A stretch of 32,000 nucleotides of DNA from Candidatus Odinarchaeota archaeon (GTDB lineage Archaea > Asgardarchaeota > Odinarchaeia > Odinarchaeales > Odinarchaeaceae): assembly GCA_038826135.1 (NCBI GenBank), contig JAWBON010000001.1, positions 1 through 32,000 on the forward strand, written 5' to 3'. The notes below the pieces were generated by a model that ran no database searches, was not told the origin of the DNA, and saw only the letters and a list, made by a program, of their open reading frames with translations. The position numbers and the translations under genes are program-made. Positions 17,510-26,368 of the stretch are shown one piece after another; position 1 is the stretch's first letter, and every line of letters begins with the position of its first letter.

Positions 17510-17758
17510 TTGAGCGATAGCGATGAAAAAAGCGAGGGTACATCATCCTACGGTTCTATGTTTAAATATTTAGGGATAGGCTTCGACATAGTGATATTTG
17601 CAATAGTAGGATGGATAGTGGCTAAATCACTCGGCTGGAATGAAGTACTCGGCATAGGGGTAGGCGCGATCGTTGGAACCCTTATAATGTACATTCACCT
17701 CTTCTGGACTGTTAAACGCCTGTCGCAAACTAAGGAAAAGGGGGACAAAAGTGTTTAA
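17510..17758 (+). CDS. Small 2-TM protein, AtpZ/AtpI (ATPase gene 1)-like
   Basis: GGAG RBS and TTG start. Gly-rich TMs YLGIGFDIVIFAIVGWIV and LGIGVGAIVGTLIMY. Overlaps the next gene by 8 bp. Confidence 0.65.
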   Translation: MSDSDEKSEGTSSYGSMFKYLGIGFDIVIFAIVGWIVAKSLGWNEVLGIGVGAIVGTLIMYIHLFWTVKRLSQTKEKGDKSV

Positions 17759-18809
17759 CACGGTTAAACTATCTTTTCTGAACGCTAAGATAAGAGGGCT
17801 GAAATCTAAGCTTTTAAGCACTGAAGAATTTAATTCACTGGTAGGCAGCAAAACATTGCAAGCGATGATCAGAATACTAAGCTATACAGATTACTCCAGG
17901 TATATAACTAAACAGGCTAGCATGGAGCTTTCTGAACGGGATGTTGACAACTTGTTAAATAAAGCGTTCATCGACGCGATTGAAAGCATCAGAACCGTGT
18001 CCCCGCCTGAAATTAGATCTTTAATGACTGTTGTTAGATCAAAATATGAAGCAGCCGCTCTTAAAACCCTGCTTAGATTAAAGTACAGTGGTGAACCTCT
18101 TCAAAAAGCGTTGATGTACGTTATACCTATAGGCATCTTCTCCGAGAAAACAGTATCCGATCTGCTATCGAAAGGAACGTTGAAAGCTATGATTGAAGCC
18201 ATCCCGGATGAAGGTTACAGAGCGGTTTTAACCAGTGCGTGGCGGGATTTTGAACGTGAAAAAATTCTATTACCCCTCGAACTCTCACTCGACTATTATA
18301 CGTTCACTAGAATGTTGAATTCGGCCAGAAGGATCCTAACACCGGAAGATTATTTATCAATATATAATTATATGGGGCGTACGATAGACGTCACCAATAT
18401 AAATATAATTCTTCGAGGTAAAGTCTTTAACTTAAACCCTGTTGAAATACAGAAAATGATAGTTAGAGAAGGAAGATATATTAAAAAAGACAGTCTTTTA
18501 GCAGCTATTAGATCTAGAAATATTGAAGAAGCTATTAAGAATCTTATGATACCCCCCTTCGACTACTATCTATCTATAGGGTGGAAAAAATATCAGGCTA
18601 AAAAAGAGTTTTATTTAATTGAAAACATGCTGGAAAAAAGCATTTACGATAAAGCTAAACTTATATTAGGAACATATCCTTTCCAGATTCAGATGCCTCT
18701 TGCATTCGTAGATTTGAAATTCTATGAGGTGAATAGTATTAAAATCGTTCTAGTAGCTTTACTGGAGGGGATACCCCCGTCGACAATAAGAGAGTACCTA
18801 ATATACTAA
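17751..18809 (+). CDS. atpC: A/V-type ATP synthase subunit C (eukaryotic d homologue)
   Basis: FLNAKIRGLKSKLL, LSYTDY, LELSLDYY, IDVTNINIILRGK and LAFVDLKFYEVNSIK. Length 352 aa and operon context agree. Confidence 0.9.
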   Translation: MFNTVKLSFLNAKIRGLKSKLLSTEEFNSLVGSKTLQAMIRILSYTDYSRYITKQASMELSERDVDNLLNKAFIDAIESIRTVSPPEIRSLMTVVRSKYEAAALKTLLRLKYSGEPLQKALMYVIPIGIFSEKTVSDLLSKGTLKAMIEAIPDEGYRAVLTSAWRDFEREKILLPLELSLDYYTFTRMLNSARRILTPEDYLSIYNYMGRTIDVTNINIILRGKVFNLNPVEIQKMIVREGRYIKKDSLLAAIRSRNIEEAIKNLMIPPFDYYLSIGWKKYQAKKEFYLIENMLEKSIYDKAKLILGTYPFQIQMPLAFVDLKFYEVNSIKIVLVALLEGIPPSTIREYLIY

Positions 18810-18819
18810 TTGCAAAATA

Positions 18820-18827
18820 TTTAAATA
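18820..18827 (+). promoter_or_regulatory. Possible internal promoter for the c-ring gene
   Basis: CAAAA-TATTTAAATA lies in the 69-bp gap before atpK, followed by a GGAGGA RBS. Confidence 0.4.
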
Positions 18828-18878
18828 CACCATCAAGATAACAAGGCTTGTAAAACCGCTGAACCAGGAGGATATAAA

Positions 18879-19187
18879 GTGAAGAAAAGCACACTATTAG
18901 TTATTGTTACATTGATTATTATGATCTCTGTTGCTGTTCAAGCCTTATCGTTTGTAGCCGCCTTCCAGGAGGGGAATATAACAGACGCCTATAAGTTTTT
19001 GGGGGCTGGTCTTTCAATAGGTTTAGCTGGTTTAGGTGCAGGTATAGGGCTTGGAATAGCTGGAGCAGCCGCTATCGGCGCATCTACAGAGAAACCTGAG
19101 ATGCTTGGTAAAAGCATCATCTTCGTTGTTTTAACAGAGGCTATAGCAATATATGGTCTACTGATATCATTCCTACTGCTAGCTTAA
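18879..19187 (+). CDS. atpK: A/V-type ATP synthase subunit K (c), single hairpin with N-terminal leader
   Basis: GAGLSIGLAGLGAGIGLG glycine zipper, EKPE loop and LTEAIAIYGL (Glu87). Confidence 0.95.
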   Translation: MKKSTLLVIVTLIIMISVAVQALSFVAAFQEGNITDAYKFLGAGLSIGLAGLGAGIGLGIAGAAAIGASTEKPEMLGKSIIFVVLTEAIAIYGLLISFLLLA

Positions 19188-19248
19188 CAAATATACTATA
19201 CTATTTTTGAAACCCTATTTTTAATTATTATTTCAAAATATTTTTACG

Positions 19249-20340
19249 GTGAAATTGTTGAAGGTTATAATTCCCGCAGGCGGGTTTGGAACCAGGCTTA
19301 GACCTTTAACATATACTCGGCCTAAGTCTCTGCTACCAATATATAATACTACAATACTGGGTTTCATACTAGACCATTTATCAAATTTTAAGGTCATTGA
19401 TGAAGTTATTATAGCAGCTAATAAAGAATTCCGCCAGATTGAATCAGTCTTCAAAAACAGCTACAAGGGGTTGAAAATAAAATATGTATGGGAAGAGAAG
19501 CGGATGGGGGGTGTTGCCTGTATTAAAAACGCTTCTAAAAATATTGAGGAAGATTTCTTAGTGTTTCTGGGGGATAATCTATCAGACGTTAACATAACAG
19601 AGTTTACAGCGTTTCATAAGAGAAAAGAATCAGACGCATCAATCATGCTTGTAAAATCAAAAACACCATGGTTGTACGGTGTTCCTGTCATTGATGAAAA
19701 CGATTACATAACATCTCTAATAGAGAAGCCTAAAAATATAGAGTGCAAGGAGGCTTATATTGCGACTGGAATATACATTTTTAAAAAAGACGCTCTGGAA
19801 TCTGTTGATGAAAAACAGTTCATAGATCACACAGGTGAAATATTCCCGATAATACTAACAGCTGGTAAAAAGGTTTCAGGATTTAAAACATCTTTCTACT
19901 GGTCTGATATAGGCGACTTTAAAAACTACTTAGAAACTAACAGGTGGGTTTTAGAAAATAAGAGGGGGAAAATAAAACCTTCTTCAAATAATATAGACGG
20001 CCTCTCATACACAGCTTCACCCTCTATAGCGGATAACAGTTGCGTGGAATCCTCTATTATTCTCAAAGGGGCTGTTGTTAAAGGTAAATGTAGAATAATA
20101 AATAGTATGATATACGAGAATACGATTATAGGCGAAGAGGCCTCGATAATTAATTCAATAATAGCTGAAAACACCGTCGTCGAAGAGCAGGTTAGCGTTG
20201 AGAACAGTATTATAGGCGCTAACACTTTAATAAAAGCTAATTCAAACATTAAAGATGCTAAAATATGGCCTAGGATGATAATCGAAACAGGCGGAATCGT
20301 TAAAGGAACTATTCAACACGATTACCTGCCGTTGAAATAA
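19249..20340 (+). CDS. NDP-sugar synthase (sugar-phosphate nucleotidyltransferase with left-handed beta-helix)
   Basis: IPAGGFGTRLRPLTYTRPKSLLPI, FLGDN, IEKP, WSDIG and C-terminal hexapeptide repeats. Confidence 0.92.
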   Translation: MKLLKVIIPAGGFGTRLRPLTYTRPKSLLPIYNTTILGFILDHLSNFKVIDEVIIAANKEFRQIESVFKNSYKGLKIKYVWEEKRMGGVACIKNASKNIEEDFLVFLGDNLSDVNITEFTAFHKRKESDASIMLVKSKTPWLYGVPVIDENDYITSLIEKPKNIECKEAYIATGIYIFKKDALESVDEKQFIDHTGEIFPIILTAGKKVSGFKTSFYWSDIGDFKNYLETNRWVLENKRGKIKPSSNNIDGLSYTASPSIADNSCVESSIILKGAVVKGKCRIINSMIYENTIIGEEASIINSIIAENTVVEEQVSVENSIIGANTLIKANSNIKDAKIWPRMIIETGGIVKGTIQHDYLPLK

Positions 20341-20341
20341 A

Positions 20342-21118
20342 CTAGCATGTTTTCCGCGCGAAGCTCATATACCCGGTATGACCGATCATCAGAGTAGCCG
20401 GTCTAGTTTTATCCTCTCTGACCATAATCTCTCTCAATATGCACTCAAAAGTTTTAATGTCTTTAAACCCTATTTTCTCCATAACATAAACCGCTTTCTG
20501 AGTCTGCTCTATTGTCGGTGAATAATTCACTAATATACCGCTTCCTCTAAGAGATGAATAAGCCTTCTCCACAACAAGCCATGGGGTAGCTAAATCCAGA
20601 ATGATAATATCCAAATCCTTCTCCATAAAACCTTCACAGACATCATGTTTTTTAAGTTCAACATAGTCGGAGAGCCCGTATTCGCTGAGATTTCTACCCG
20701 CCGCTTTAAGAGACTCATCTCTAATATCATACCCGTATATTTTACCATGAGGTTTAACAGCGTTAGCTAAATAAACAGTTAAGCCGCCGCTCCCGACACC
20801 CGCCTCAGCAACTCGTTGGCCGTCCCCTATCCCTGTATACGCTAATATTATACCCACGTCTTTAGGGTAAATTATCTGAGTAGACCGCTCCATTTTTAAA
20901 ACCAGATCACTTAAAACAGGTTTAAAAACCGTGTACTCGACACCCAGACTCGTATACCCTTTACACCCATACTCTTTTCCGATTAAATCATCAAATTTTA
21001 TGATACCTCTATGCGTGTGATGTTCTTTACCCTTCTGGACTTTAACAAGCCATCTCTTCTTATAATCTATTGCAAGCAGTACACGATCCCCTTCACCAAT
21101 AATATTCATCAACACCAC
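20342..21118 (-). CDS. trmI: tRNA (adenine57/58-N1)-methyltransferase
   Basis: HTHRG, RSTQIIYPKD, EAGVGSGGL, DLATPW, YSPTIEQ and RPATLMIGHTGY. Confidence 0.95.
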   Translation of the reverse strand: MVLMNIIGEGDRVLLAIDYKKRWLVKVQKGKEHHTHRGIIKFDDLIGKEYGCKGYTSLGVEYTVFKPVLSDLVLKMERSTQIIYPKDVGIILAYTGIGDGQRVAEAGVGSGGLTVYLANAVKPHGKIYGYDIRDESLKAAGRNLSEYGLSDYVELKKHDVCEGFMEKDLDIIILDLATPWLVVEKAYSSLRGSGILVNYSPTIEQTQKAVYVMEKIGFKDIKTFECILREIMVREDKTRPATLMIGHTGYMSFARKTC

Positions 21119-21175
21119 CGTTCAAATGGAATTAAATGATAAGGTTTTTAACTTACTATATAATTCTTATCAGCT

Positions 21176-21862
21176 ATGAACTATAAGAGTCTTCTAATAT
21201 GGGATTCTAAAGTTAAATCACAGCATCCTAATCTATCAATATGCGCCTGTATAATAAACAATGTTAAAAACACCGAGCACCCTCCAATCCTGGAAGATAT
21301 TAAACAAACAGTTATTAAAAAAATACATGCTAATTACACGCTTGAAAACATTAAAGATGAATCCACCACTAGAAGATATAGAGATTTTTATTGGAGGTTG
21401 GGCATAGACCCAACTAAGATAAGACCAGCTGGTGAAGCCTTGGTAAGGAGGATCCTGGCAAATAAGCCTTTTCCAAGAATATCCCCCGCAGTTGACGCTT
21501 ATAATCTAGCTTCAGTTGAAACCCTTGTCGCGTTAAGCGGATACGATTATAGTAAAATACTGTTTCCTTTAACTGTGCGCTTAGCCTCGGTTAAAGATGT
21601 ATTTCAGGGAATAGGCATGGATAAAACTGAAAACCTTCAAGGAAACGAGATCGTGGTATGTGATAGGGAGAAAATAATATGTGTTTACCCTTACAGGGAC
21701 TCGGAGCTTAGTAAAATCGACCCGCAAACCAGTAAAATACTTATCTTAGGATATAGTGTACCCGGCCTTGATTTAGATACGATTACTAGAGCCGTTCAAA
21801 AAGCGTGTGAAAACATAAAACTTGTATGCGGTGGTGAAGTAGAGTATATAGAAACACTTTAA
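21176..21862 (+). CDS. Stand-alone B3/B4 (PheRS beta editing-like) domain protein
   Basis: YRDFYWRLGIDPTKIRPAGEALVRR, ISPAVDAYNLAS, GYD and YPYRDS. Confidence 0.88.
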   Translation: MNYKSLLIWDSKVKSQHPNLSICACIINNVKNTEHPPILEDIKQTVIKKIHANYTLENIKDESTTRRYRDFYWRLGIDPTKIRPAGEALVRRILANKPFPRISPAVDAYNLASVETLVALSGYDYSKILFPLTVRLASVKDVFQGIGMDKTENLQGNEIVVCDREKIICVYPYRDSELSKIDPQTSKILILGYSVPGLDLDTITRAVQKACENIKLVCGGEVEYIETL

Positions 21863-21910
21863 CCATTGTTTATAAATATATATTATTTAAATATAAGTTA
21901 AGGTGTCTTA

Positions 21911-23428
21911 ATGAACCTCAACGTTAAGATATGTTTCGATGAATCTCATAATGAGGGAGGGCGGCTTAACACAACCTACACTGGTTTAAAAGAGCTGCTT
22001 GAAAAAAACGGGTTTGAATGCGTGTCGTTAACAGATTTCCCCATAACATACGATAAACTAAAAAAATATAATACCCTTGTTATAGCCGGCCCCGACATGT
22101 CTAAGTTCAGACCATCTGAAATAAATGATATTTTAAAATATGTGAGTGATGGCGGGAGTCTTGTTTTAATGTCGGATGCTGGCGGTGACAGCGGGCATAT
22201 GACTAACTTAAACAGAATAGCTCAAACTATAGCCTTCCAGTTTAACGCTGACCAAGTAATCGACCAGAAGTCAAACTTAGGTGTTGAAACCGTGCCGATA
22301 CTTGACCAGATAACGCCTCATGAAATAATGCGTGGTGTAGCCTCCGTCTCCTACAGAGCCGGTTGCAGTATAACAGTTACAGGGGAAGCCCTGATACTTC
22401 TTAAATCCAACCAGACTTCAAACCCTCCTAACGCGCCTATAATAGTGTTAGCTAAACACGGTGAAGGTAAAGTTTTAGGTATTGGAACATACGAGATATT
22501 CAGAGATAGACTACTAGGCGGAATAAACGCGAAATACCATAGCAATCTAGCTTTAAACATATTTCAATACATGTCAGTGTATGGGGAACCGGCTGAGGGG
22601 GAGGGAATAGTAATCGAGGAAATCCATGAGGAGACCAGTCCGTTAATAAAGGAATTAGCTCAAATCAAAGATGCTACGCAAATATCCGGCGAGTCTAAAA
22701 CTCAAGCTGAGAGTAGAATAGAGGAGGCTAAAATAACACCGTTAAAAGAGTCTCCGAAACGTAGAGAGCAGGAAAACCTGCTAAGAGAGTTATCTGAAAA
22801 CGTCACCAGTGTTTCAACCATGATAAAAGAACAGGTTTACAATCTATCAGATCTTCATGAAAAAATAACTGTGGCTGAAAGAGAGCTTGAAAACATAAAC
22901 TCAACTATTAAAAACTACCGTTTAAACGAACTTTATGATAACATAAATAATATTAATACAGCTTTTCAGAAAATCGGTGAGGACACAAACACCCTGCTGA
23001 AAGATATGGATAATTTGAAAAAGCATCTTGAAACTATTAAGTCAACTCAAGATGAATATAATACAACCGCAGCCGAGTTATCTAAAAACATTAAATCCGC
23101 TATAAACACTAGCAGCGATAAATTAATTAAAAACATTGAAGCCGGGTTTAACCGTGTGGGTAAAATAAGTCAAGAGCTGAAAAATCTAATTCCAGAAACT
23201 GTGAGAAACATTTTTCAAACCTATCAATCAGAGTTTCTAAACACCCAGGTGAAGTTGATTGAAGGATTAGAGGAGCGGTTAACTGAAAAAATAAATAAAC
23301 TTTTAACAGAGTTTTCAAAGCTGAAACCAGTAGAGGAGACGGGTAAAACCCCGGTTTCTAAAGAAGCTGAAGCGGCTGCTGAGAAACCTAAGGTTAAGAA
23401 AGCGGTGAAAAAACGAAGCCCTAGTTAA
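21911..23428 (+). CDS. GIFT/DUF4350-like (IFT52-like) domain fused to a long coiled coil
   Basis: ICFDESHNE, LVIAGP...F...EI..I.KYV..GGSL and GKVLGIG in residues ~6-222. Heptad-rich residues ~285-470. No TM or signal peptide. Confidence 0.8.
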   Translation: MNLNVKICFDESHNEGGRLNTTYTGLKELLEKNGFECVSLTDFPITYDKLKKYNTLVIAGPDMSKFRPSEINDILKYVSDGGSLVLMSDAGGDSGHMTNLNRIAQTIAFQFNADQVIDQKSNLGVETVPILDQITPHEIMRGVASVSYRAGCSITVTGEALILLKSNQTSNPPNAPIIVLAKHGEGKVLGIGTYEIFRDRLLGGINAKYHSNLALNIFQYMSVYGEPAEGEGIVIEEIHEETSPLIKELAQIKDATQISGESKTQAESRIEEAKITPLKESPKRREQENLLRELSENVTSVSTMIKEQVYNLSDLHEKITVAERELENINSTIKNYRLNELYDNINNINTAFQKIGEDTNTLLKDMDNLKKHLETIKSTQDEYNTTAAELSKNIKSAINTSSDKLIKNIEAGFNRVGKISQELKNLIPETVRNIFQTYQSEFLNTQVKLIEGLEERLTEKINKLLTEFSKLKPVEETGKTPVSKEAEAAAEKPKVKKAVKKRSPS

Positions 23429-23432
23429 ACCC

Positions 23433-24461
23433 TTATATGGAAGCTTCATCGCTTGATTTCAGAAACGCGTAGATAAACGATGAGATAAATATTATTGAAG
23501 TAAACCCTAGACTCCCAGTTAATATGATAATGTTAAACCTGTAAAGCAAGTCCACTACCAGGAACCCTGCTGCGACAAGAACACCGAGAAGTGTCAGATT
23601 ACTGCCAGCCACTCCCAGCTTAAGTTTTACGATTATTAAAAAACCCATTAAAATCAAACTAGCTATATTGACATAATCGATTATATATGGCATATTACCT
23701 AACTGGGGAATCCAGAGATAAGCGAATAAAATAAACAGTGCTAATTCGAATCCTCTTATCCCCCAACCGGAGCCTGAGAAAGCATCACTTAATCTTCTTC
23801 TCGCAATCCAATTATAAACAAACCATACAACCGAACCGATTGTCAGCGAGTTAACAACCCAGATTGAAAAAGCATAGATCAATCCCACTAAACCTTGCCA
23901 AGTATTCAATATCCATAAGCTCAGCGGTAAATAAGCCTGGTAGAAGAAGAAGGATACTAGAACCGGTAAAAATAATATTAGCGAGAAAATAACAGCGGAC
24001 ACCGTTATTAGAACTCTTCGACCGTGAACCCATAACCCCTCCCTGCCAGCAACCAGCTGCCAGCCGAGTACTATTGTAGTGAATATTGACAGGGCTGGTG
24101 AAATAAACGGTAGAATAAAGAACCCCGCCACTGCAACTGCGTTAATACCGTAAAACAATAAGTATCTTAACGGAACAATTGATACCCTCTCACTCCATAC
24201 ACTGAACATATTCGATAATCTATTCTTAAAAATATGTATTAAAATCAGCCATGGAGAGGATAAAATAATAGGGGTTATAATGAAATTGAAAAACATATTT
24301 AAATAAATGTTAGGCATAAGCGTGAATGATAAAGCTTGGATATCGCTGGAAACTATTAGAAGAGTGAAATACACGGGGATAAATAAGGCTGCTAAAAATA
24401 TCAGTAACCTGTTTAATAGAAAACCCTTTATGTAATAAGGCACTTTAATCTCACTCTTCAT
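23433..24461 (-). CDS. Hypothetical polytopic membrane protein (about 9-10 TM)
   Basis: 342-aa ORF made of successive hydrophobic segments with no recognised motif. Confidence 0.8.
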   Translation of the reverse strand: MKSEIKVPYYIKGFLLNRLLIFLAALFIPVYFTLLIVSSDIQALSFTLMPNIYLNMFFNFIITPIILSSPWLILIHIFKNRLSNMFSVWSERVSIVPLRYLLFYGINAVAVAGFFILPFISPALSIFTTIVLGWQLVAGREGLWVHGRRVLITVSAVIFSLILFLPVLVSFFFYQAYLPLSLWILNTWQGLVGLIYAFSIWVVNSLTIGSVVWFVYNWIARRRLSDAFSGSGWGIRGFELALFILFAYLWIPQLGNMPYIIDYVNIASLILMGFLIIVKLKLGVAGSNLTLLGVLVAAGFLVVDLLYRFNIIILTGSLGFTSIIFISSFIYAFLKSSDEASI

Positions 24462-24636
24462 TTAATATATTAAGAGTAATATCCGCCTCTTATACAATAA
24501 AAATATAACTATTTAGTTAACCATTCAAATTATTATAGTAAAAGATGTTGAATACAAGTTTATCGCTAACTTATTATATATTTTTAAAATAACTTTTAAA
24601 GCGAATCAGACTATTATACTCTGAAGAGGTTTTTAA

Positions 24637-25437
24637 ATGCCGAGCAGGTTTATTAGTAAACTTCAGAAAAGCTCTAAGGATAATGACTCGAAGATAATAC
24701 TTGCACTGGATATCAGTTCAGAGTTAAAACTAAGCGAAAGAGTGAATTGGGATTCAGGGAAAAGAAAATTGTTTAAACAAGCCGCGGATGTTATCAATAA
24801 GATAGGGGATAAGATCGCAGGGGTTAAAATAAATAATCAGTTGATACTACCATTAGGGCTTTACGAGCTTATACCTGAAATTATTGATGTGATCAACTCT
24901 TGGCAGCTGCCTGTAATCGCTGATATTAAGATTAATGATGTAGGTCACACTAATGAATGGATCGCCAGACATTTTATGAACGCTGGCTTTGACGCTTTAA
25001 TAGCTAATCCCTTCGTAGGCTGGACTGGTGGTTTAGATAAGGTTTTCGAAACAGTTAAAAACTATAATGGCGGTGTAATACTACTGGTTTACATGTCCCA
25101 TCCAGGGGCTTCTGAAGGATTTAATCAAATTGTAATCGACTCTAGGACAGGTTTACAAAAACCTCAGTATATTCTCTTCGCTGAAAAAGCTGGTAAGTGG
25201 GGTGCTGACGGAGTTATAGTGGGGGCTACATCCCCGGATATTATTAGAAAAGTTCGCAGTGTGTTAGATGAGAATATCCTGATTCTCTCCCCCGGCGTCG
25301 GAGTGCAGGGTGGGGAAGGCGGGGAAGCTATTCGAGCCGGGGCCTCTTATATTATAATAGGCCGCTCACTCTTTGAATCAGGGGACCCTGTTCTCAAAAT
25401 CAACGATTTTAATAAACGTGTAAAAAGTGTTGAATGA
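24637..25437 (+). CDS. pyrF: Orotidine 5'-phosphate decarboxylase
   Basis: IILALD, ADIKINDVGHT (DxKxxD), MSHPG, VGAT, SPGVGVQGG and IIGRS. Confidence 0.95.
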   Translation: MPSRFISKLQKSSKDNDSKIILALDISSELKLSERVNWDSGKRKLFKQAADVINKIGDKIAGVKINNQLILPLGLYELIPEIIDVINSWQLPVIADIKINDVGHTNEWIARHFMNAGFDALIANPFVGWTGGLDKVFETVKNYNGGVILLVYMSHPGASEGFNQIVIDSRTGLQKPQYILFAEKAGKWGADGVIVGATSPDIIRKVRSVLDENILILSPGVGVQGGEGGEAIRAGASYIIIGRSLFESGDPVLKINDFNKRVKSVE

Positions 25438-25446
25438 GAATTTCAC

Positions 25447-26343
25447 TCACAAGCTTTCACAAGGCTTTCTAGTAATATAGTTCATAACGGTGACAGCTAC
25501 CACTATAATAATAACCCCGATTATTCGGAACAAAGAGTAGGGTAGCAAAAACACTCCGCTGAATAATAGAATTATCTCTTCGCCGAATATGATAATAGAA
25601 ATTATAACCGGGATAATTATTGAAAGCGCGTTAATTAAAGGTATAGATATGCATGCTCTACCCTGCGATAACGCTGTCTGTTTCAGTATGAATCCGAAAA
25701 CTGTGAACAGCGCTAGACTCCAAAAAATAGGGCTCATAAAAAAATATAGTATTTTATCAGGGAAAGGTGTGGATGAGAAACCTTGGATACTCAGCCATTT
25801 AGTGAATACTTCCGCGATCCCGTAGGCTAATCCCGCGCTTAAAGAAATAGCATATTCCCCTCTAGTACCAGTGAATTTAAACAAGTTTAAGACAACTATC
25901 GCCAGTGATAGTAAAACTACTAATCCTATTAAAAAAGCTTCATTGATTACAGTCACCCCTGTGACTCTAGAATCATAGCTGAGTAATATAACACCTAAAA
26001 TAATTAAGCTGATAAAAAATGTCTCATGCTTTCTAAGCTTCTCTTTTAGAAAAACTAAGCTGAGAACAATTATTACCACTAAGTTAAGATTTATAATCGG
26101 TTTAACAACTATAAGATCTCCGAGTGAAAGAGCCTCCACGTAAATAAACCATGCTATAACCCCTGTTATCATACCAGCTAGCCAGTAAAGATTTTTTAAA
26201 AGATTCACAACCACTGAGATGAAATTTTTAAAAAACCCTTTCACCGTTAAAACCGTTAACTGGGTTAAACCTTTTTTCTGGAGTACATTACCTAAACCGA
26301 ATAAGATCGCGGATAATACGGCAAGATAAATATACTCCCACAT
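25447..26343 (-). CDS. DMT-superfamily transporter (EamA/NIPA-like)
   Basis: About 9-10 TMs, GNVLQKKGL and P...L..V...LS..FLKEKL. Confidence 0.85.
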   Translation of the reverse strand: MWEYIYLAVLSAILFGLGNVLQKKGLTQLTVLTVKGFFKNFISVVVNLLKNLYWLAGMITGVIAWFIYVEALSLGDLIVVKPIINLNLVVIIVLSLVFLKEKLRKHETFFISLIILGVILLSYDSRVTGVTVINEAFLIGLVVLLSLAIVVLNLFKFTGTRGEYAISLSAGLAYGIAEVFTKWLSIQGFSSTPFPDKILYFFMSPIFWSLALFTVFGFILKQTALSQGRACISIPLINALSIIIPVIISIIIFGEEIILLFSGVFLLPYSLFRIIGVIIIVVAVTVMNYITRKPCESL

Positions 26344-26368
26344 TTTAAATCATTCCATACAACAGCGC

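Noticed and set aside
19205-19238. ttttgaaa/tttcaaaa inverted repeat after atpK
   Set aside because: Eight nearly all-AT base pairs are expected by chance here, so at most a weak terminator.
20342-21862. tRNA-maintenance cluster formed by trmI and the B3/4 gene, together with argS and the RtcB-like gene
   Set aside because: Only trmI and B3/4 are adjacent (divergent). The others are many kb away, so no operon can be supported.
22640-23428. S/T-P-x-K/R motifs (TPLK, SPKR) in linkers of the GIFT protein, with TPLK also in the 604 ORF
   Set aside because: Expected in Pro/Lys/Ser/Thr-rich low-complexity linkers, with no evidence for a proline-directed kinase.
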